In this document: positions 14,158 to 16,735 of the stretch, one piece after another | How positions within the stretch are numbered: the stretch's first letter is position 1 | Layout: the number at the start of each line of letters is the position of its first letter | Assembly: GCA_038858525.1 (NCBI GenBank) | Contig: JAWCFL010000037.1 | Span: 1-16,735 of the forward strand | Reading direction: 5' to 3' | DNA length: 16,735 bases | DNA from: Candidatus Jordarchaeales archaeon | Lineage (GTDB): Archaea > Asgardarchaeota > Jordiarchaeia > Jordiarchaeales > Freyrarchaeaceae | The notes under the pieces: model-generated | Databases searched by the model: none | Seen by the model: the letters and a program-made list of their open reading frames with translations, nothing else | What the model was told of the DNA's origin: nothing | Position numbers and translations under genes: made by a program

Positions 14158-14745
14158 TCATACTTCGCACTTCTCTCCTTTCGCCATTTCTAACAGAAGC
14201 TCCTTCCCCTGAGTGTAGCCTTTAGCTATTATCACGTCCCCTTTCTCAAGCGTGTAGGAGTCCGATGGGGAATATACCCACTTGCCCTTTCTTCTGACCG
14301 CTATTATTCTCATTCCCAGTCTGTCATCTATTGCTATTTCACCTATTGTTTTTCCCTCAAGCTCAGAACGGTCTCCAATACACGTCCTTACTATAGTCTC
14401 GTCAGCCTCTTCCATGACCATTTTAAGAATCGGGTGAGGTTCAACCCCCCTCAACACGGCGTCCGCTATTTCAGCTGCAGCATCAGCTATGTTCTCCGCT
14501 GCGAGTCCAATGCGTATAAGCGCTAGCTTGGCTTCAGGGTTTATCGCTTCATCCTCCGCATCCAAGACTTTAAGTTCGAAGTTCACGTGGAACTTATCAA
14601 AGAGCTCCTCCAACTCCATGACTTCCTCAGCTATCTCCTTGTTGTTAAAGAAGAAAGCTGAGTAAGCAAGGTCCAACATGAGCTCCGATGTATTCTTCAT
14701 TTCGACAATCATTTTTTCTATTTCCGCTACCTCGTCATTTTTCAT
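14158..14745 (-). CDS. PhoU-like helical domain + TrkA_C (RCK_C) protein, COG3273-like
   Basis: MKNTSELMLDLAYSAFFFNNKEIAEEV.ELEE; AENIADAAAEIA; RCK_C motif SELEGKTIGE.....GMRIIAVRR...W.Y.P....L..GDVII.KG. ATG with SD GGAGG. Confidence 0.85.
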   Translation of the reverse strand: MKNDEVAEIEKMIVEMKNTSELMLDLAYSAFFFNNKEIAEEVMELEELFDKFHVNFELKVLDAEDEAINPEAKLALIRIGLAAENIADAAAEIADAVLRGVEPHPILKMVMEEADETIVRTCIGDRSELEGKTIGEIAIDDRLGMRIIAVRRKGKWVYSPSDSYTLEKGDVIIAKGYTQGKELLLEMAKGEKCEV

Positions 14746-15325
14746 CTACATTTTCCTCCGCTATCTTTTTGAATTCCTGAACGCTTTTGTCAGTGCCTCG
14801 AATTATCACGGCGTCACCCGCTATTAATTTAGCGCTCTCCTTAGGGTTTATCAGCAGCCTCCCCCTCCTCCTGATGACTATCACGTCAACTCCAAGTTGC
14901 CCCCTCAAACTGTCTATCCTCTTATTACAGAGAGGCGACCCCTTACTTATTACGACGCGCATAATCCTTTCCTCAGTCTTACTGAATGCATGCGCCAGTA
15001 TCCTAAGCCCCTCCCCCCTCACTATCGTCGAAGCTATGTCTCCAGCAGCGTCAGAGATCCTGTTCGCCGCCATCGCAAGCTTCATTATGCCCGCCATCCT
15101 CTCAGCGTCCTCCTTGTCTCTCACAGCGAACGACGCACTCATGAAGAGAAGATAGATCAGGTAGTCTACATATTCTTCAAGCTCAAGCACTTCCTCCCTA
15201 AGCTCAGCGTCATTGAAAAGAACAGCTGAGTAAGCCAAGTCAACAGTCAGCTCGGAAATGTTCTTAATGGAAGTTAGAAGAGTCTTCACACTAAGAGGCT
15301 TATACTCAACCTTCTTCTCAATCAA
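14735..15325 (-). CDS. PhoU-like helical domain + TrkA_C (RCK_C) protein, paralogue of the downstream gene
   Basis: KNISELTVDLAYSAVLFND.EL.EEVLELEE; ANRISDAAGDIA; SPLCNKRI.....GVDVIVIRR...L.INP.....AGDAVIIRG. Start re-called to TTG at 15325 with SD GGAGGT; the track start is 15412. Overlaps the next gene by 11 bp. Confidence 0.85.
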   Translation of the reverse strand: MIEKKVEYKPLSVKTLLTSIKNISELTVDLAYSAVLFNDAELREEVLELEEYVDYLIYLLFMSASFAVRDKEDAERMAGIMKLAMAANRISDAAGDIASTIVRGEGLRILAHAFSKTEERIMRVVISKGSPLCNKRIDSLRGQLGVDVIVIRRRGRLLINPKESAKLIAGDAVIIRGTDKSVQEFKKIAEENVDEK

Positions 15326-15751
15326 CCACTTGACCTCCAAGAAAGAGAGAAGAACCCCCATTAAAACTGCAGGAGAATTTGTAAAATTCCTCAAAGTTAA
15401 ACTTTTCGACATCCTCGAAAAAGAAAAGCAACGTTAATGATTAAATTCCCCGAGAAAATCCAGATCCTTATTTCACTCCACAAAGAATTATCGCGGCAAG
15501 GACGTGAAGAAGAAAGACTGAGATCACCAAAACATTGCCCACTCGAGCCATGCCATCGAAATGAAGAAGTCAGTTGCCTGAGACGAATACCGCGTCTCTT
15601 TCGCAGAAAATTAATAACCACCAAGAATTCCACGAAAAGAAAAGAGAAACCCATAACCCTCACATCAGGCAAGTTTTGCTTCGCGGTTTTAAGGCGTTCA
15701 GTCGATTGAAAATCCGACTAGTTTCACCCTTATCATTAAGCGGCCTCGCCT

Positions 15752-16042
15752 CTAGGAGTACGCTTTCTTTGATGAGAGGAAAGTTATAATCCAGAGGATG
15801 GATGCCGTCAGCATCAGCGCGAAGCTGATGAACAGCACGAGATGCCAAATGTAGCTGAACAGAAAGACTACTCCGCTTATGATGCTTAGGACCCCTACGG
15901 CACCAGCCATAGAGGGCCTCGTCGTCCATTCACGCGTAGAAATGCTCATCGAGCCAAGCAGTATAACGGATAAGCCTAACACGACGAAGCCCAACCATGC
16001 AAGAGAGAGGTTCGGCGCAGGCACAGGCACGGTAAAGATCAC
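15752..16042 (-). CDS. Small hypothetical membrane protein (about 3 TM helices)
   Basis: 96 aa with three hydrophobic stretches. The GTG start overlaps the upstream TGA (GTGA), which suggests translational coupling. No recognisable family. Confidence 0.6.
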   Translation of the reverse strand: MIFTVPVPAPNLSLAWLGFVVLGLSVILLGSMSISTREWTTRPSMAGAVGVLSIISGVVFLFSYIWHLVLFISFALMLTASILWIITFLSSKKAYS

Positions 16043-16683
16043 GTATTCCCCCTTATTGCGCGGGCGTACATGTATCCTGTTGTTAGTGCTCCCGTTAATA
16101 TGAGTAGTCCCCCTAGCGCTGCTCCCCCTATGGCGAACGCTATTCTCTTCAATCCGACGAGCTCACCGGCCCCGTAGCCGTGAAAGCCGACGCAGATGAG
16201 CATGCTGGCTGCAGTGAGAAGCGCAAACAGCACAGCTGAAAGCACACAGAACAACCAGAAAGAAGGATAAACAGGCACAACCAAAGAGTAATACTCATAC
16301 TCAATGGAAGGAATACAGAAGATGGGGGAGTTAAGAGACTCGAGCAAAAACCTTTCGAAGTAAAATAAGTATGTGTTTGTTTCTGTTAGTAGCGTGTTTG
16401 TTGTTGTGGTCCACGCTATTCCAGTTGCTGCTGCCATTGCTCCAATTGCCCCTCCCACTGCTCCAACAGCGAAGGCGTCTCTAGGCATTATCCCTCCCTT
16501 TCCTGTAATCCTCCTATAGGCGGCTGCTATTATGATGGCGGCCGCTGCCAGGGATGCCGCCAGTACTAGGGCTGAGGCTGGGAGCACGCTCTGCTGGTGG
16601 AGGCGGAGTGAAACGCAGGCATTACACAGCATGGCGGCCAGTATAAATGGGCCAGTAATGACAACAGTATTATTTCCGGCCAA
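16039..16683 (-). CDS. Hypothetical multi-pass membrane protein
   Basis: 214 aa, Ala/Gly-rich hydrophobic segments with GxxxG-type motifs (GAVGGAIG, GGAALGG). TTG start preceded by GAGG. No recognisable family. Confidence 0.6.
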   Translation of the reverse strand: MAGNNTVVITGPFILAAMLCNACVSLRLHQQSVLPASALVLAASLAAAAIIIAAAYRRITGKGGIMPRDAFAVGAVGGAIGAMAAATGIAWTTTTNTLLTETNTYLFYFERFLLESLNSPIFCIPSIEYEYYSLVVPVYPSFWLFCVLSAVLFALLTAASMLICVGFHGYGAGELVGLKRIAFAIGGAALGGLLILTGALTTGYMYARAIRGNT

Positions 16684-16700
16684 TTCCTCGTAACCGTTGT

Positions 16701-16728
16701 CGGATAGTTAACTTTTTATGACTATCCG
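16701..16728. promoter_or_regulatory. Palindromic putative operator upstream of the membrane-protein pair
   Basis: CGGATAGT(TA)-ACTTTTTA-(TG)ACTATCCG: perfect 8-bp arms (10 bp with one mismatch) around an A/T-rich spacer, 18-45 bp upstream of the TTG at 16683. Confidence 0.6.
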
Positions 16729-16735
16729 TTCCACC

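Noticed and set aside
15397-15929. ORFs 15397-15672 (-), 15437-15709 (+), 15574-15789 (+), 15660-15929 (-) and a GAGACG/CGTCTC hairpin at 15580-15598
   Set aside because: Mutually overlapping with no family signal. The segment GFSFLFVEFLVVINFLRKRR loosely resembles a C-terminal sorting signal but is N-terminal in its ORF and unsupported.
1-16735. CRISPR array or rRNA
   Set aside because: No regularly spaced 24-47 bp repeats or rRNA-like sequence were seen.

Overview
Archaeal chromosomal window, probably a TACK- or Asgard-like lineage (inferred from gene content, BRE/TATA promoters and multi-intron tRNA; not determinable exactly). From left to right it holds: the left end and tnpA start of an IS607-family element, a tetraether-lipid-synthase (Tes/MJ0619-like) radical SAM gene, an unusual Cdc48/VAT N-domain-vWA fusion, a metallo-beta-lactamase / Zn-dehydrogenase / HAD phosphatase run, and an Lrp/AsnC regulator with a 5-Cys tail. 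Next is the conserved information-processing cluster tfe-HD-DUF2110 / trm56-mbf1 / pan-PUA-nac, then a stand-alone A/V-type ATP synthase subunit D. The right end has a GNAT, two tandem PhoU-TrkA_C proteins and two unknown membrane proteins behind a palindrome. The most striking element is not in the ORF track: a minus-strand tRNA-Ser(GCT) at 13237-13404 that folds into a cloverleaf only after removing three introns (D-loop 21/22, anticodon 37/38, T-loop 59/60), each with a bulge-helix-bulge-like motif. The second best lead is the Cdc48-N/vWA protein lacking an ATPase. Several ORF-track starts are too far upstream and were re-called using SD and TATA positions; most re-called starts are TTG. 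All calls come from reading the sequence by eye, with no database searches.
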